Source: Eledone cirrhosa
Lineage: Eukaryota
DNA: 64,000 bases
NCBI GenBank assembly: GCA_964016885.1
Contig: OZ024760.1
Span: 6,324,001-6,388,000, forward strand
Direction of reading: 5' to 3'
Shown: in pieces, positions 1 to 14,510 of the stretch
Layout of the letters: the number at the start of each line of letters is the position of its first letter
Position numbering within the stretch: position 1 is the first letter of the stretch
The notes under the pieces: model-generated
What the model was told of the DNA's origin: nothing
The model's input: the letters and a program-made list of their open reading frames with translations, nothing else
Database searches by the model: none
Position numbers and translations under genes: made by a program

Positions 1-108
1 CGAGTGCTTATATCTGTATGTATGCGTATATGTGTGTGTATATATATTTATATATATTCATTTATATATATTTATTTTTATTTATCTATGCATGTGTATA
101 TATATCTT

Positions 109-172
<64 letters not shown>

Positions 173-607
173 TACACATTCAATTTTTGTTACCAATGTT
201 GAAATGCGAATTTTTCTCCTGTTTTTCTTGTCTTGTGCGACTTTTTGACATTTCAACGTATTTGAAAAAAAAAAAAAGAAAGAAAGGAAGAGAAAGAAAG
301 AAAAAGAGATTATACAATATTAAAAAAATTGCTTATTAGTTACAGAAACTGAGATTTTCTTAACCTTGAGTCTATCATATATAAATATATGTATATATGT
401 ATATATATGCAGAACTATATGGTGGAGAGAGCAAGACATTTAATAACAAAATTTTATTTCTTACACAAGGTTTCGTTGTTAAGTTCATTCATAATTCAAC
501 AGATGGATGCATGCAGGTTACACCCTACCGTAACCCTACCGTAGAAATGTACCTATTAGACACTTCAGAGGTAAAATTCTGCTCTTAAAATATATACTTA
601 TATATAT

Positions 608-754
608 AGTAAAGTGGACGTGTAGGCGCCAGGAAAAAAAAGCACCCAGCACTCACTGTTGGTGTTAGGGAGGGCATCCAGCTGTAGAAATCAAGCCAGA
701 ATCAGTTCCCATCCCACCCTTGCAAGCAAGGAAAAGCGGACATGAAAATGATGA

Positions 755-758
<4 letters not shown>
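608..758 (+). mobile_element. SINE B / RTE tail fragment (related fragments at 34385-34528, 52933-53092, 53893-54055)
   Basis: GCACCCAGCACTCACTG..GGGCATCCAGCTGTAGAAATCAAGCCAG motif with (GAT)n tail. Confidence 0.75.
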
Positions 759-802
<44 letters not shown>

Positions 803-807
<5 letters not shown>

Positions 808-991
808 AACGAGTAGGACCCCGACGGCTGAGCTCAAGCCGTTTCGACGGCTAATTCTGGACAAAACGTCGAAACGGCTTGAGCTCAGCCGTCGGGGTGC
901 TACTCGTTCCTATTACCTACTCTACTACCCTAAGTATTGAGTACTTTGGTGCGTTATGGTCCATCTGGTTCCTTACCACATTTCCTTCGTT
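803..991 (+). mobile_element. (TA)n-embedded fold-back element, family 1, copy 1 (PLE-terminus-like)
   Basis: Hairpin 803-913 with ~47-bp arms, then a unique tail; flanked by (TA)n; carries an HHR 3' half GAAACGGCT..AGCCGTC. Confidence 0.75.
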
Positions 992-1084
992 ATATATATA
1001 TATATATAGATATATAAAATGATGATGATGATAAACAAGAAGTATAAGTCAACAGGTTAAAATTAACTTCGTTTATACATAGTC

Positions 1085-1143
1085 ACTGTTATATATATTT
1101 CGGTGATAACCACTATGCAACAGCTATGACTTCATCATAGACA
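1085..1143 (-). ncRNA. Decayed hammerhead motif, homolog of 45858-45913
   Basis: Minus strand ATGATGAAGTCATAGC...GGTTATCACC-GAAATATATATA-ACAGT aligns by eye with CTGATGAGGTCATAGC...GGCTATCATC-GAAATATATATA-GCAGT; core C3 is mutated. Confidence 0.55.
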
Positions 1144-1236
1144 CACGTACACATATGTATATGTGTGTGTGTATATATACATATATATGTGTGTGTATAT
1201 ATATATATATGTTGTTATTATCATTATTATTATTAA

Positions 1237-1450
1237 GGATTTCAAATCCCACCGAGGTTAACTTTGCATTTCATCCTTATGGGGTCGATAAAATAAAGTA
1301 CCAGTAATGCACTGGGGTCGATCTAATTGACTTTCCCTCCCCCAAAACTTGTTGGTCTTGTGCTTATATCAGAAACCATTATTAATGGGACCAATTTAAT
1401 TGACTGGCCCCTTCCTTTCAAATTAATGGCCTTTTGCCTAAATTAGAAAC
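1237..1450 (+). mobile_element. SINE family A, 5'-truncated
   Basis: B-box remnant, core and duplicated tail. Confidence 0.75.
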
Positions 1451-1945
1451 TATCACCATCATCATCAATCATCATTACCATAACCATAATTACCATCACC
1501 ACCACCACCACCAGCACCTTCATCATCAATCTTCATCATCATCATCATCACCATCAATCATCATCATCACCACCATCATCACCACCGCCATCACCATCAC
1601 CACCACCACCACCACCACCATCACCACCACCGCCATCACCATCACCATGACCACCACCACCATCATCACCACCACCATCACCACCACCATCACCATCACC
1701 ACCATCATCACCACCGCCACCACCACCGCCATCACCATCACCGCCACTGCCACCACTACCACCACCAACACCATTATTTGGCTAGCTCCCATAAAGCCTT
1801 AAATATGTGTCCATCCATTGCTCAGTTATAGCGCCATGTCTACCCTGGACCACATCAAAGTACTGCATCTATTGATTGTCTTAGAATTTTACTGAGGCAT
1901 TACAAATTGTGGATATTTATTTATTTATGTGCGTACATGTGTGTG

Positions 1946-2007
<62 letters not shown>

Positions 2008-2053
2008 TACATACATGCATACATGCATGCATACATATATATATTTATATGAA

Positions 2054-2111
<58 letters not shown>

Positions 2112-2239
2112 CATACATATATACATACATGCATGCATGCATGCATGCATACATAATATATGTTTATGTGTATATATATTATATATATATATATATGAAT
2201 GTATATATGTGTGTGTGTGTATATATATATGTGTGTATG

Positions 2240-2312
<73 letters not shown>

Positions 2313-2345
2313 ATATATATATGTATGTATGAATATACACAAATA

Positions 2346-2383
<38 letters not shown>

Positions 2384-2899
2384 CATAAGTGTGCTTGTGT
2401 GTACATATATTATCATTTAACATCCCTTACACACACGCACATCCACACACCCACACCGACACACAATATATATATCGTTATCATCATCATCATCATAATA
2501 TATATATATATATATATATAATGGTTTGTTTAGTGTATGTTCTGTTATAAAGCTTATGGTTTATTTCAGTAAATGTCTAAATGTTGGATTGGGTTTGTTA
2601 AAGATAAATGGTTGTGGAATATTTCTGGTGGTTGCACCAGTTATATGAGAGTTCCACACCAATTACGCTATGGAGGCATAGTCACTGCAGATTATAATTA
2701 TTATATAGAAACTATGTTATTTGACAGCTGCAGCCGAATGAAGTCCATCATCTCCATATCAGTAATTTGTGCAGGTTAGTGGTAGTTTTGCCAAGCGTGG
2801 GGTAGGGGGGGTGGGGTGGATTTGGATGTGTACATAGCTTAGAAGTAGGACATGTGTGGTTTCACTTTTCTTTGGGTCTGGTCAATGAATGGACTTTAA

Positions 2900-3752
2900 A
2901 TGATGATAATGATGATGATGATGAAACTCTAATAATAGGACATGTAGATGCCATAAAAGAAAGTGATGATGATGATGAAACTCTAATATATATATCTCAT
3001 GAAAGAAAATGATGATGATAAAACTCTAATAATAGGACATGTAGATCTAATAAAAGAAAATGATGATGATGATGATGATGAAACTCTAATAATAGGACAT
3101 GTAGATCTAATAAAAGAAAATGATGATGATGATGATGATGAAACTCTAATAATAGGACATATATATCTCATGAAAGAAAATGATGATGATGAAACTCTAA
3201 TAATAGGACATATATATCTCATGAAAGAAAATGATGATGAAACTCTAATAATAGGACATGTAGATCCCATAAAAGAAAATGATGATGATAATGATGATGA
3301 TGAAACTCTAATAATAGGACATATATATCTCATGAAAGAAAATGATGATGATGAAACTCTAATAATAGGACATGTAGATCTAATAAAAGAAAATGATGAT
3401 GATGATGATGATGATGAAACTCTAATAATAGGACATATATATCTCATGAAAGAAAATGATGATGAAACTCTAATAATAGGACATGTAGATCCCATAAAAG
3501 AAAATGATGATGATAATGATGATGATGATGATGATGATGAAACTCTAATAATAGGACATATATATCTCATGAAAGAAAATGATGATGATGAAACTCTAAT
3601 AATAGGACATGTAGATCCCATAAAAGAAAATGATGATGATGATGATGATGAAACTCTAATAATAGGACATGTAGATCCCATAAAAGAAAATGATGATGAT
3701 GATGATGATGATGAAACTCTAATAATAGGACATGTAGATCTCATGAAAGAAA
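2900..3752. repeat. Compound minisatellite: ~42-bp core + variable (GAT)n
   Basis: GAAACTCTAATAATAGGACAT... repeated ~15 times. Confidence 0.95.
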
Positions 3753-3959
3753 ATATGGGCAGCAGTATGTGTGTATATATAAATAGTTTGTATAGATGTC
3801 ATTGTTGATGTTGTTGTGGTTGTTGTAGATGCTGTTGTTGTTGTTGTTGTGGTTGTTGTAGATGTTGATATTGTTCTTGTGGTTGTTGTTGTTGTTGTTG
3901 GACAATTTCATTGAACAACTGGAGCACTCATCTTCACAACTGGTGGAGGCTCGTGTGTG

Positions 3960-3996
<37 letters not shown>

Positions 3997-4000
<4 letters not shown>

Positions 4001-4165
4001 TATTCCGGGTTGAATCGGAGGCTGTAGAATCTCATCTATATTAAAACTATATATATATATATAACACATACAAACATACATGTGTCTGTATATATATATA
4101 TATATATATATATACATTATTCCGGGTTGAATCGGAGGCTGTAGAATCTCATCTATATTAAAACT
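3997..4165. mobile_element. Two tandem internally deleted derivatives of the 54115-54316 element
   Basis: TTATTCCGGGTTGAATCGGAGG (left end of that element) is fused to CTGTAGAATCTCATCTATATTAAAACT (its right end) at ~3997-4048 and ~4115-4165. Confidence 0.75.
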
Positions 4166-4201
4166 ATATATATATATATAACACATACAAACATACATGT
4201 G

Positions 4202-4262
<61 letters not shown>

Positions 4263-4267
<5 letters not shown>

Positions 4268-4455
4268 AACGAGTAGGACCCCGACGGCTGAGCTCAAGCC
4301 GTTTCGACGGCTAATTCAGTCCAGAATTAGCCGTCGAAACGGCTTGAGCTCAGCCGTCGGGGTCCTACTCGTTCCTATTACCCACTCTACTACCCTAAGT
4401 ATTGAGTACTTTGGTGCGTTATGGTCCACCTGGTTCCTTACCACATTTCCTCCGT

Positions 4456-4457
<2 letters not shown>
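4263..4457 (+). mobile_element. (TA)n-embedded fold-back element, family 1, copy 2
   Basis: Near-identical to 803-991; hairpin 4263-4378; different loop junction; (TA)n on both sides. Confidence 0.8.
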
Positions 4458-4487
<30 letters not shown>

Positions 4488-4691
4488 TGTGTATACACAT
4501 GTATGTATGTTTGTATGTCTATGTATAAATATATATATGTATAAATATATATATGTATAAATATATATATACATATACACACATATGTATGCATGTTTGT
4601 ATGTGCGCATATAAATATATATATATAGATATATATGTATGTGTATGTATATATATGTACATACATATACAAACATAAATATATGTGTATA

Positions 4692-4743
<52 letters not shown>

Positions 4744-4754
4744 GATCCACATAT

Positions 4755-4797
<43 letters not shown>

Positions 4798-4906
4798 GAT
4801 CCACATATACACATATATTTACATACATATTTATATATACATACATATATATACATACTCATATATACACATATGTACATAAATATTTGTTTGAATATAT
4901 CTCTAC

Positions 4907-4939
<33 letters not shown>

Positions 4940-5131
4940 TACATACATAGACATACACAGACATACACACATATATATTTATGTTAGTTTATGTATAAAT
5001 ACATATATAAACTATTGTTTTTTTTTATATAAGCATTGATAACTTATTTTGCAGTGTTTCTGCCAATAAATTCATTTTTCAGATTTCTTGTATTTTTTTC
5101 ATGACTATTCATGTTCTTTTGTGGAGTTTTT

Positions 5132-6415
5132 CTTTGGTTTACGTATATGTGTATGTGTGTGTATATATATTTGGTTTACATATATGTGTATGTGTGTGTA
5201 TATATATTTGGTTTACGTATATGTGTATGTGTGTGTATATATATTTGGTTTACATATATGTGTATGTGTGTGTGTATATATATTTGGTTTACGTATATGT
5301 GTGTGTATGTGTATATATATTTGGTTTACATATATGTGTATGTGTGTGTATATATATTTGGTTTACATATATGTGTATGTATATATATTTGGTTTACATA
5401 TATGTGTATGTGTGTGTATACATATTTGGTTTACGTATATGTGTATGTGTGTGTATATATATTTGGTTTACGTATATGTGTATGTGTGTGTGTATATATA
5501 TTTGGTTTACGTATATGTGTATGTGTGTGTGTATATATTTGGTTTACATATATGTGTGTGTGTGTGTATATATATTTGGTTTACAAATATGTGTATGTGT
5601 GTGTATATATATTTGGTTTACGTATATGTGTATGTGTGTGTATATATATTTGGTTTACGTATATGTGTATGTGTGTGTATATATATTTGGTTTACGTATA
5701 TGTGTATGTGTATGTATATATATTTGGTTTACGTATATGTGTATGTGTGTGTATATATATTTGGTTTACGTATATGTGTATGTGTGTGTATATATATTTG
5801 GTTTACATATATGTGTGTGTGTGTGTATATATATTTGGTTTACATATATGTGTATGTGTGTGTATATATATTTGGTTTACGTATATATGTATGTGTGTGT
5901 ATATATATTTGGTTTACGTATATGTGTATGTGTATGTATATATATTTGGTTTACGTATATGTGTATGTGTGTGTATATATATATTTGGTTTACGTATATG
6001 TGTATGTGTGTGTATATATATTTGGTTTACGTATATGTGTATGTGTGTGTATATATATTTGGTTTACGTATATGTGTATGTGTGTATATATATTTGGTTT
6101 ACATATATGTGTATGTGTGTGTATATATATTTGGTTTACATATATGTGTATGTGTGTGTATATATATTTGGTTTACATATATGTGTATGTGTGTGTATAT
6201 ATATTTGGTTTACATATATGTGTATGTGTGTGTATATATATTTGGTTTACGTATATGTGTATGTGTGTGTATATATATTTGGTTTACGTATATGTGTATG
6301 TGTGTGTATATATATTTGGTTTACGTATATGTGTATGTGTGTGTATATATATTTGGTTTACGTATATGTGTATGTGTGTGTATATATATTTGGTTTACGT
6401 ATATGTGTGTGTGTG
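5132..6415. repeat. ~37-bp minisatellite
   Basis: TTGGTTTAC(G/A)TATATGTGTATGTGTGTGTATATATAT units. Confidence 0.95.
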
Positions 6416-6485
6416 TTTAAATACATATATATATATATATGTATCATGATCATTTCATCATTTTTATGTCCATTTTCTATGCTGG

Positions 6486-6535
<50 letters not shown>

Positions 6536-6684
6536 AATATAAATACACACACACACATATATATATAAATATACACAAATGCATATATATAAATATAAAT
6601 ATACACACATATATATAAATATAAATATACACACACACATATATATAAATATAAATATACACACACATACATATATATATATAG

Positions 6685-6720
<36 letters not shown>

Positions 6721-6927
6721 ATATATATATAAGATAAATCTTTGGTTAAACATTGTATAATAGGTTTGTTTAGTTCCCTAATAATACACAATATTTCAAT
6801 ATCTAGAATGAATCTCCTTTCAACAGCTTTTTACATCCACATTGTTCTGGTTATTCACAGCTTTTATACATTTATACACTACAGTCAGAAAAAATAATGG
6901 TTTCCTACGTTTTTCTCTTTTTTTGTC

Positions 6928-7058
6928 TACTGCTGTTACTACTACTACTACTACTACTACTACTACGATTACTACTACTACGATTACTACTGCTGCTGCT
7001 ACTACTACTACTACTACTACTGCTGTTACTACTACTACTACGATTACTACTACTGCTG

Positions 7059-7101
<43 letters not shown>

Positions 7102-7525
7102 GACTACTACTACGATTACTACTGCTGCTACTGCTACTACTACTACTGCTGTTACTACTAATACTACTACTACTGCTACTACTGCTGCTACTACTACTAT
7201 TACTACTACTACGATTGCTACTACTGCTGCTACTGCTGCTGTTACTACTACTACTACTGTTGCTGCTACTACTATTACTACTACTACGATTACTACTACT
7301 ACTGCCATTATTACTGCTGCTACTACTACTGCTGCTACTACTACTACTGCTACTATTACTACTGCCTCTATTACTGCTGCTACTACTACTACTACTATCA
7401 CTATTACTACTGTTGCTACTACTACTACTACCACTGCTGCTGCTACTACTACTACTACTACTAGTACTACTCTTGCTGTTGCTACTACAACAACTACTAC
7501 CACTACTACCACCACCACCACCATC
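6928..7525. repeat. (CTA/CTG)n trinucleotide array
   Basis: Direct inspection. Confidence 0.95.
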
Positions 7526-7600
7526 ACTGCTACATGCCCATACAGTCTTTGTTGGTTGTTTATTCACTTTTACCGTAACACCCCAACTGTTATGACATAA

Positions 7601-7985
7601 TAATTGTTTCTACTTTAGGCACAAGGCCAGCAATGACCCAGTGCATTACTGGTACTTTATTTTATCGACCCCGTAAGGATGAAAGGCAAAGTCAACCTCG
7701 GCGGGATTTGAACTCAGATCGTAAAGGGACGTAACTACGCTGCAAAGCATGGCGTCCGACCCTCTACCGATACTGCCAATCCACCATAATAATAATAATA
7801 ATGGCTTATACTTTAGGCATAAGGCCAGCAACTTGAAGGAGGTTCGATTAGATTAACCCCAGTGTATTACTGGTACTTTATTTTATCAACCCCGTAATGA
7901 TGAAAGGCAAAGCTAACCTCAGCGGGATTTCAACTGAGAACATAAAGGGACGTATCTCAATGCCACAAAGCATGTTGTCCAACCA
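7601..7985 (-). mobile_element. Two tandem SINE family A copies
   Basis: Reverse-complement matches to SINE A at 7601-7787 and ~7800-7985. Confidence 0.85.
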
Positions 7986-8249
7986 TAGTCATCATATATA
8001 TGTAGCTGACCTCTTGGACTTTTACAAAGTGCTGAGTGGATAAAGTTGATATAAAGAATACACAAAGATGATATACAATAGTGTTTAAGCTGAGTTTTTA
8101 TATGAATTTCTTCCCTTGACACTGTGTTATGTAGGAAGATCTCTTTGTTGGCGACTTATGTCGCCGACAGTGCCCAGAAGGTTAAAATAAGTTATTTTAT
8201 TGCCCCTCCACACATACGCACGCCACTCTTCATATTCATAATAATTACA

Positions 8250-8465
8250 ATTTTTTCTATATTTGGCACATGGCCAATAATTTGAGGGGGGGGGGGGAGT
8301 TGATTAAATCAACCCCAATGTGTGGCTGGTATTATATTATTGACCCCGTAAGGATAAAAAGCAAAGCTAACCTCAGTAGGAGGTAAAGGGCCGTGACGGT
8401 AAAGGGCCGTGACTCTATGCTGCAAAGCATGGTGTCCGACACTTTACCGATTCTGTCAAAGCACC
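8250..8465 (-). mobile_element. SINE family A (decayed)
   Basis: Core and head motifs of SINE A are present. Confidence 0.7.
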
Positions 8466-8482
8466 TATAATAATGTCTAAAT

Positions 8483-8872
8483 TACCGTATTTCCCGGCGC
8501 TGAAGATGCTTCGTCTTCGAGAACCTAGTTTTGACAACCAAAAATTTGAAAAAAAAAATATATATATTTATATAATTGTTTCTACTTTTGGCACAAGGCC
8601 TGCAAATTACGCAGTGCATTACTGGTACTTTATTTTATTGACCTTGTAATAAGGATGAAAGGCAAAGTTAACCTCGACGGTATTTGAACTCAGAATGGCA
8701 AGGGCCGTAACTCTATGCATCGAAGCATGGTGTCCGACCCTCTACCGATACTGCCAATCCACCGCCCCTTTGAAAAAAAATAATAAACAACCTTCGGCCT
8801 CCAAGACCCATGGTAGATTTTCGAGACTTATTTTAGGAAAAAGTAGCATCTTCGACTCCTGGAAATATAGGA
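8483..8872. mobile_element. pogo/Tigger-like MITE interrupted by a SINE A (~8572-8768, minus)
   Basis: TIRs TACCGTATTTCCCGGCGCTGAAGATGC / GCATCTTCGACTCCTGGAAATATAGGA; TTTGAAAAAAAA is duplicated either side of the SINE; uninterrupted homolog at 25966-26114. Confidence 0.7.
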
Positions 8873-8961
8873 GACACGGCGCCACCAATTTCGAGGAGAA
8901 GAATGTCTATAAGAAGCAAAATTAAATAAAACTTAATTATAAAAATTATTTTAGTTTTTCT

Positions 8962-10157
8962 TATGGTGATGATGATGATGATGATGATAGTTGTGTGTGT
9001 GTGTGTGGGGGGGGGGGGGGTGATGGTGATGATGATAATGTTGATTGTGATGGTTAAGGTGATGATGATAATGTTGATTGTGCTGGTTATGGTGATGATG
9101 ATGATGATTGTGCGGGGTGATGGTGATGATGATAATGTTGATTGTGATGGTTATGGTGATGATGATAATGTTGATTGTGCTGGTTATGGTGATGATGATG
9201 ATGATAGTTGTGGGGGTGATGGTGATAATGTTGATTGTGATGGTTATGGTGGTGATGATAATGTTGATAGTGATGGTTATGGTGATGATAATGTTGATTG
9301 TGATGGTTATGGTGATGACAATGTTGATTGTGATGGTTATGGTGATGATGATGATAGTTGTGGGGGTGATGGTGATGATGATAATGTTGATTGTGATGGT
9401 TATGGTGATGGTGATGATGTTGATTGTGATGGTTATGGTGATGATGATGGTGATGATGATGATGGTGAAGCTTCTGGCACAATTTCTCTGAGAAATCTAC
9501 GTCTTTCATCTCACCTTACACACACCAGCACCATCTTCCACCAATACCATTGTTATCATCACCACCACCACCACCATCACCGCCACCATCCGCCATCACC
9601 ATCACCGCCACCATCCACATCACCCACCCCACCATCACCACCATCCACATCACCATCCCCACCACCAATACCTCCCCCACCACCACCAATACCCCCCTCC
9701 ACCACCACTTTCAATATCTCCCCCTCACCACCACCACAAATACCCCCACCCCACCACCACCAATACCCCCCTCCACCACCACTTTCAATATCTCCCCCTC
9801 ACCACCACCACAAATACCCCCACCCCACCACCACCAATACCTCCCTCTCCACCATCAATCCCCCTCCACCACCACTATCAATACCTCCCCCTCACCACCA
9901 CCAATACCCTTTCCCCCTGCCACCACCAATACCTCCCCCTCCACCATCAATCCCCCTCACCACCACCACCAATACCCGCCACCATCAATCCCCCTCCACC
10001 ACCACCACCATCAACAACCACAATGTCCAGTCCACAAGATTGTGTCTTTCTATCACAGAATAAATTCTATGATTATAAATAATTTAACTCCACAATAGAC
10101 AACAGAATCAAAGATAATATTTTTGATGTTGAGAATTAAGTTGGATTCATTAGGAAA

Positions 10158-10197
<40 letters not shown>

Positions 10198-10264
10198 TTT
10201 TATTCATTTTATATATATTTATATTTTTATTCATTTTATGTATGTTTATATATATTTATATATA

Positions 10265-10309
<45 letters not shown>

Positions 10310-12190
10310 TATACTTTTATTCATTTTATATATATTTATATTTTTACTCATTTTATGTATGTTTATATATATTTATATATATTATAATTATATTTTTATT
10401 CATTTTATATATATTTATATTTTTATTCATTTTATGTATGTTTATATATATTCATATATTTATATTTATATATTTATATATATTTATATTTATTCTATAT
10501 TTATTATAAATTTATATATTTTTACATTTATATTTATATATTTATATTTATATTCATTTTATATTTATTATATATTTCTATTTTTGTATATATTTTACAT
10601 TTCTATTTATATATATTTCTATATATATTTATTATATATTTATATATTTTTATTTTTATTCATTTTATATATATATATATATATATTTGTTTATTTATTT
10701 TCTGGAAGAATTCAGGTGGAAAATTCCAGATAAAATAAATATAAAAGAGATTGATTTGTTGGTTTATTTGTTTAAATAGTAGCGGTGGTGGTGGTGGTGG
10801 TGGTCGTGGTGGTGGTGGTAGTGGTAGTTGTGGTTGTTGTTGTCGTTGTGGTGGTGGTTGTTGTCGTTGTGGTGGTGGTTGTGTTGGTGGTTGTTGTTGT
10901 TGTGGTGGTGGTGGTCGTGGTGGTTGTATTGGTGGTGGTAGTTGTGGTTGTTGTGGTGGTGGTGGTCATGGTGGTTGAATTGGTGGTGGTTTTTGTCGTG
11001 GTGGTGGTTGTGTTGTTGTTGGTGGTGGTTGTATTGGTTGTGGTTGTTGTTGTCATTGTGGTGGTGGTTGTGTTGGTTGTTGTGGTGGTGGTGGTTGTTG
11101 TTGTTGTTGTGGTGGTGTTGGTTGTTGTTGTTATTGTCGTGGTGGTTGTATTGGTGGTGGTTGTTGTTGTTGTTGTGGTGGTGGTGGTCATGGTGGTTGT
11201 ATTGGTGGTGGTTTTTGTCGTGGTGGTGGTTGTGTTGTTGGTGGTGGTTGTATTGGTTGTGGTTGTTGTTGTCATTGTGGTGGTGGTTGTGTTGGTTGTT
11301 GTTGTTGTGGTGGTGGTTGTTGTTGTTGTTGTGGTGTTGGTTGTTGTTGTTATTGTCATGGTGGTTGTATTGGTGGTGGTTTTTGTTGTGGTGGTGGTTG
11401 TGTTGTTGGTGGTGGTGGTTGTATTGGTTGTGGTGGTTGTATTGGTTGTGGTTGTTGTTATCATTGTGGTGGTGGTTGTGTTGGTTGTTGTTGTTGTGGT
11501 GGTGGTGGTTGTTGTTGTTGTGGTGGTTGCTGTTGTTGTTGTTGTGGTGTTGGTTGTTGTTGTGGTTGTTATTGTCGTGGTGGTTGTATTGGTGGTGGTT
11601 GTTGTTGTCATCGTGGTGGTGGTTGTGTTGGTTGTTGTTGTTGTGGTGGTGGTTGTTGTTGTTGTTGTTGTTGTGGTGGTTGCTGTTGTTGTTGTTGTGG
11701 TGTTGGTTGTATTGGTGGTGGTTGTTGTTGTTGTGGTGGTGGGGTGGTGGTGGGGTGGGGTCTGAGAAGATTAAAACAAATGAATGTCTAGCCTTTTCAA
11801 AGAGCCACACTCTCTGTAGTAGGGTGTGTAAACCTATCCAACCCATTTCAGTATGGGAGAAAAACAAAAGTAAAATGATGACATATATCTGTGAGTGTCA
11901 TCATCATCATCATCACCATTATCACCATCACCACCACCACCATCACCATCATTATCATCATCATTATCACCACCACCAACATCACCACCATCATCATCAT
12001 CATTATCACCACCACCACCACCATCACCATCATCATCATCACCACCACCATCATCACCATCATCACCATCATCATCATTATCACCATCATCACCATCATC
12101 ACCATCATCATCACCATGATCATTATCACCATCACCACCACCACCACCATCATCACCATCATCACCATCATCACCATCATCACCATCATT
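8962..12190. repeat. Block of cryptic trinucleotide arrays (GAT/GGT, CCA, GGT/GTT, CAT/CAC) and AT-rich low complexity
   Basis: Direct inspection. Confidence 0.9.
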
Positions 12191-12338
12191 ATTCAACGCC
12201 TGCTTTTCCTGCTAGGAAGAGTTAGATGGGTCTTCATAGACCAAGTCAGTACTGAAGCAGGGCTACTGACCTCCCAGACAAGCCGGGGGGTCTGTATCTC
12301 ACTTATGTACGCTCATATCGAGTGCAGAGGAGCAGATG

Positions 12339-13923
12339 TCATATCCTAGACACAACTAAACAGTCCTCCAAACCCTTTGTTTAGCAAGCTTTCTACAGCT
12401 GGATGCTCTTCCTAACACCAACCATTTTACAGCATGTACTGGGTGTGTTTATCGTGTTAGTCACCAATGCTAGGGAGGTTGTCGTGTCCTTGACACAACT
12501 AAACAGTCCTCCCAACCCTTTGTTTAGCAAGCTTTCTACAGCTGGATGCTCTTCCTAACACCAACCATTTTACAGCATGTACTGGGTGTGTTTATCGTGT
12601 TAGTCACCAATGCTAGGGAGGTTGTCGTGTCCTAGACACAACTAAACAGTCCTCCCAACCCTTTGTTTAGCAAGCTTTCTACAGCTGGATGCTCTCCCTA
12701 ACACCAACCATTTTACAGCATGTACTGGGTGTGTTTATCGTGTTAGTCACCAATGCTAGGGAGGTTGTCGTGTCCTTGACACAACTAAACAGTCCTCCGA
12801 ACCCTTTGTTTAGCAAGCTTTCTACAGCTGGATGCTCTCCCTAACACCAACCATTTTACAGCATGTACTGGGTGTGTTTATCGTGTTAGTCACCAATGCT
12901 AGGGAGGTTGTCGTGTCCTTGACACAACTAAACAGTCCTCCCAACCCTTTGTTTAGCAAGCTTTCTACAGCTGGATGCTCTTCCTAACACCAACCATTTT
13001 ACAGCATGTACTGGGTGTGTTTATCGTGTTAGTCACCAATGCTAGGGAGGTTGCCGTGTCCTTGACACAACTAAACAGTCCTCCAAACCCTTTGTTTAGC
13101 AAGCTTTCTACAGCTGGATGCTCTTCCTAACACCAACCATTTTACAGCATGTACTGGGTGTGTTTATCGTGTTAGTCACCAATGCTAGGGAGGTTGTCGT
13201 GTCCTTGACACAACTAAACAGTCCTCCCAACCCTTTGTTTAGCAAGCTTTCTACAGCTGGATGCTCTTCCTAACACCAACCATTTTACAGCATGTACTGG
13301 GTGTGTTTATCGTGTTAGTCACCAATGCTAGGGAGGTTGCCGTGTCCTTGACACAACTAAACAGTCCTCCAAACCCTTTGTTTAGCAAGCTTTCTACAGC
13401 TGGATGCTCTTCCTAACACCAACCATTTTACAGCATGTACTGGGTGTGTTTATCGTGTTAGTCACCAATGCTAGGGAGGTTGTCGTGTCCTTGACACAAC
13501 TAAACAGTCCTCCAAACCCTTTGTTTAGCAAGCTTTCTACAGCTGGATGCTCTTCCTAACACCAACCATTTTACAGCATGTACTGGGTGTGTTTATCGTG
13601 TTAGTCACCAATGCTAGGGAGGTTGTCGTGTCCTTGACACAACTAAACAGTCCTCCAAACCCTTTGTTTAGCAAGCTTTCTACAGCTGGATGCTCTTCCT
13701 AACACCAACCATTTTACAGTATGTACTGGGTGTGTTTATCGTGTTAGTCACCAATGCTAGGGAGGTTGTCGTGTCCTTGACACAACTAAACAGTCCTCCC
13801 AACCCTTTGTTTAGCAAGCTTTCTACAGCTGGATGCTCTTCCTAACACCAACCATTTTACAGCATGTACTGGGTGTGTTTATCGTGTTAGTCACCAATGC
13901 TAGGGAGGTTGTCATGTCCTTGA
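12339..13923. repeat. 143-bp tandem repeat x11 derived from SINE B/RTE tail (minus)
   Basis: GACACAACTAAACAGTCC recurs every 143 bp from 12349 to 13779; the unit contains TTTCTACAGCTGGATGCTCTTCCTAACACCAACC. Confidence 0.95.
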
Positions 13924-14299
13924 AGAAGCAATCTTATATATTAAAATTAAATGAGAAAAAAACTCTAATTCTGGGAGTATTAACAAGATTGACAAAAAAG
14001 TATTCTATCTAACTTCACTTATATATAGATCTCCCTACCATGGTTTCATATGGGCAAGAACTATTATTGGAACCACCAATAATTCAAGAATCTGCCATAC
14101 TCTTGAGGGGAGTTAGTTTAATTATGTAAAATCTGAGAGAAATTGACCAAGAAATACACAGTTCCATCCACCATCATCAACTGGTCCCTGGGTGCCTTTA
14201 ACAAGGTCCATTCTGTTTCAAATATTCTGGTAAGGCCCCCAGTTTTATGGCACCTCTTCTGGCCTTTTCACTAATCACACAGAACCACCCCAAAAGGTA

Positions 14300-14510
14300 A
14301 TTATCATTCGGTAGAGCATCGGACACTCAACTTCGTGGCATAGAGTTACAGGCCTTTACATTCTGAGTTTAAATCCTGCTTAGGTTAGCTTTGCCTTCCA
14401 TCTTTACAGGGTCGATAAAATAAAGTACCTGTCATGCACTGGGGTCAATTTAATCGACATTCCCCTTCCCCTGAAATCTCTGGCTTTGTACCTAAATCAG
14501 AAAGCATTAT
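14300..14510 (+). mobile_element. SINE family A
   Basis: Decayed head, core and tail. Confidence 0.75.

Noticed and set aside
2573-2779. 68-aa ORF with a lectin-like 'WIG..W.W' motif
   Set aside because: An in-frame stop lies immediately upstream and the remaining C-type lectin motifs are missing; likely chance.
2983-3808. 269-aa acidic repeat ORF (KENDDDDETLIIGH)n
   Set aside because: Coincides exactly with a minisatellite whose units are multiples of 3 and is also open on the opposite strand; no independent sign of coding.
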